A DNA stretch of 57,283 bases from a virus (Duplodnaviria; Caudoviricetes): positions 1 through 57,283 of the IMG/VR virus record IMGVR_UViG_3300025132_000044, one strand, 5' to 3'. Numbering within the stretch: position 1 is the first letter of the stretch; each line of letters begins with the position of its first letter. Both the position numbers and the translations under genes were made by a program. The notes beneath the pieces were generated by a model, which did not search any database, was not told where the DNA came from, and was given only the letters and a program-made list of their open reading frames with translations. Positions 56,987-57,283 of the stretch are shown here, in pieces.

Positions 56987-57283
56987 ATGGAAATTTCATC
57001 TTTATTAGAAGATAATAACTTTTCCCAAAGAAAAGCTGTTGTTAATTCAGTTAGCAAATGGGAAAAGACTGGTCTATTAGAAGGTTTAAAAACCGAGACC
57101 GAAAAAGCCGGAATGGCTCAGCTTCTAGAGAACCAAGCAAGACAACTTGTAAAAGAAGCGTCTGCTACTGGTACAACTCAAGGATCTGAAGAATGGGCTG
57201 GTGTAGCACTTCCATTGGTAAGAAGAATCTTTGCTGAATTTGCAGCTAAAGAATTTGTTTCTGTACAACCAATGAACTTGCCA
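56987..57283 (+). CDS. major capsid protein (gp23-like), 3' truncated by window edge
   Basis: Manual translation MEISSLLED...KWEKTGLLEGL...LLENQ...ALPLVRRIF...FVSVQPMNLP. Confidence 0.92.
   Translation, partial: MEISSLLEDNNFSQRKAVVNSVSKWEKTGLLEGLKTETEKAGMAQLLENQARQLVKEASATGTTQGSEEWAGVALPLVRRIFAEFAAKEFVSVQPMNLP

Noticed and set aside
1-57283. Stop-codon reassignment, introns/inteins, tRNA genes
   Set aside because: Genes tile densely in the standard code with TAA, TGA and TAG all used as stops; TerL, primase and portal show no obvious insertions; no cloverleaf seen in the short intergenic gaps (not scanned computationally)

Overview
This window is a very AT-rich, gene-dense segment of a large T4-like (myovirus-type) dsDNA phage. 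All credible genes are on the + strand and read in the standard code. In order it contains: small accessory genes (DUF4494-like, Hsp20, HD hydrolase), a gp55-like late sigma factor, a baseplate/tail module, putative capsid-cargo enzymes (minimal protein kinase, M15-like peptidase), T7 endonuclease I-like resolvase, primase, a fused Mre11-Rad50 (SbcD-SbcC), a 4187-aa modular tail fibre with an S74 chaperone, an Rmt2/GAMT-like methyltransferase, a HIGH-nucleotidyltransferase/ligase-like fusion, TerL, portal, prohead protease, ribosomal protein bS21, scaffold and the start of the major capsid gene. DUF4494, DUF4294, Gln-after-signal-peptide proteins and bS21 inside the head cluster point to a Bacteroidota host (inference). 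The most unusual signals are: (i) 13 copies of an upstream ATATTTAT(A) motif, the reverse complement of the T4 late promoter; (ii) two hairpins with complementary loops flanking hsp20; (iii) a separately promoted bS21 together with SD-bearing late genes; (iv) enzymes carrying L/I-x-E leaders that suggest head packaging; (v) a structured non-coding region upstream of primase. Family calls come from motif recognition by eye, not database searches.
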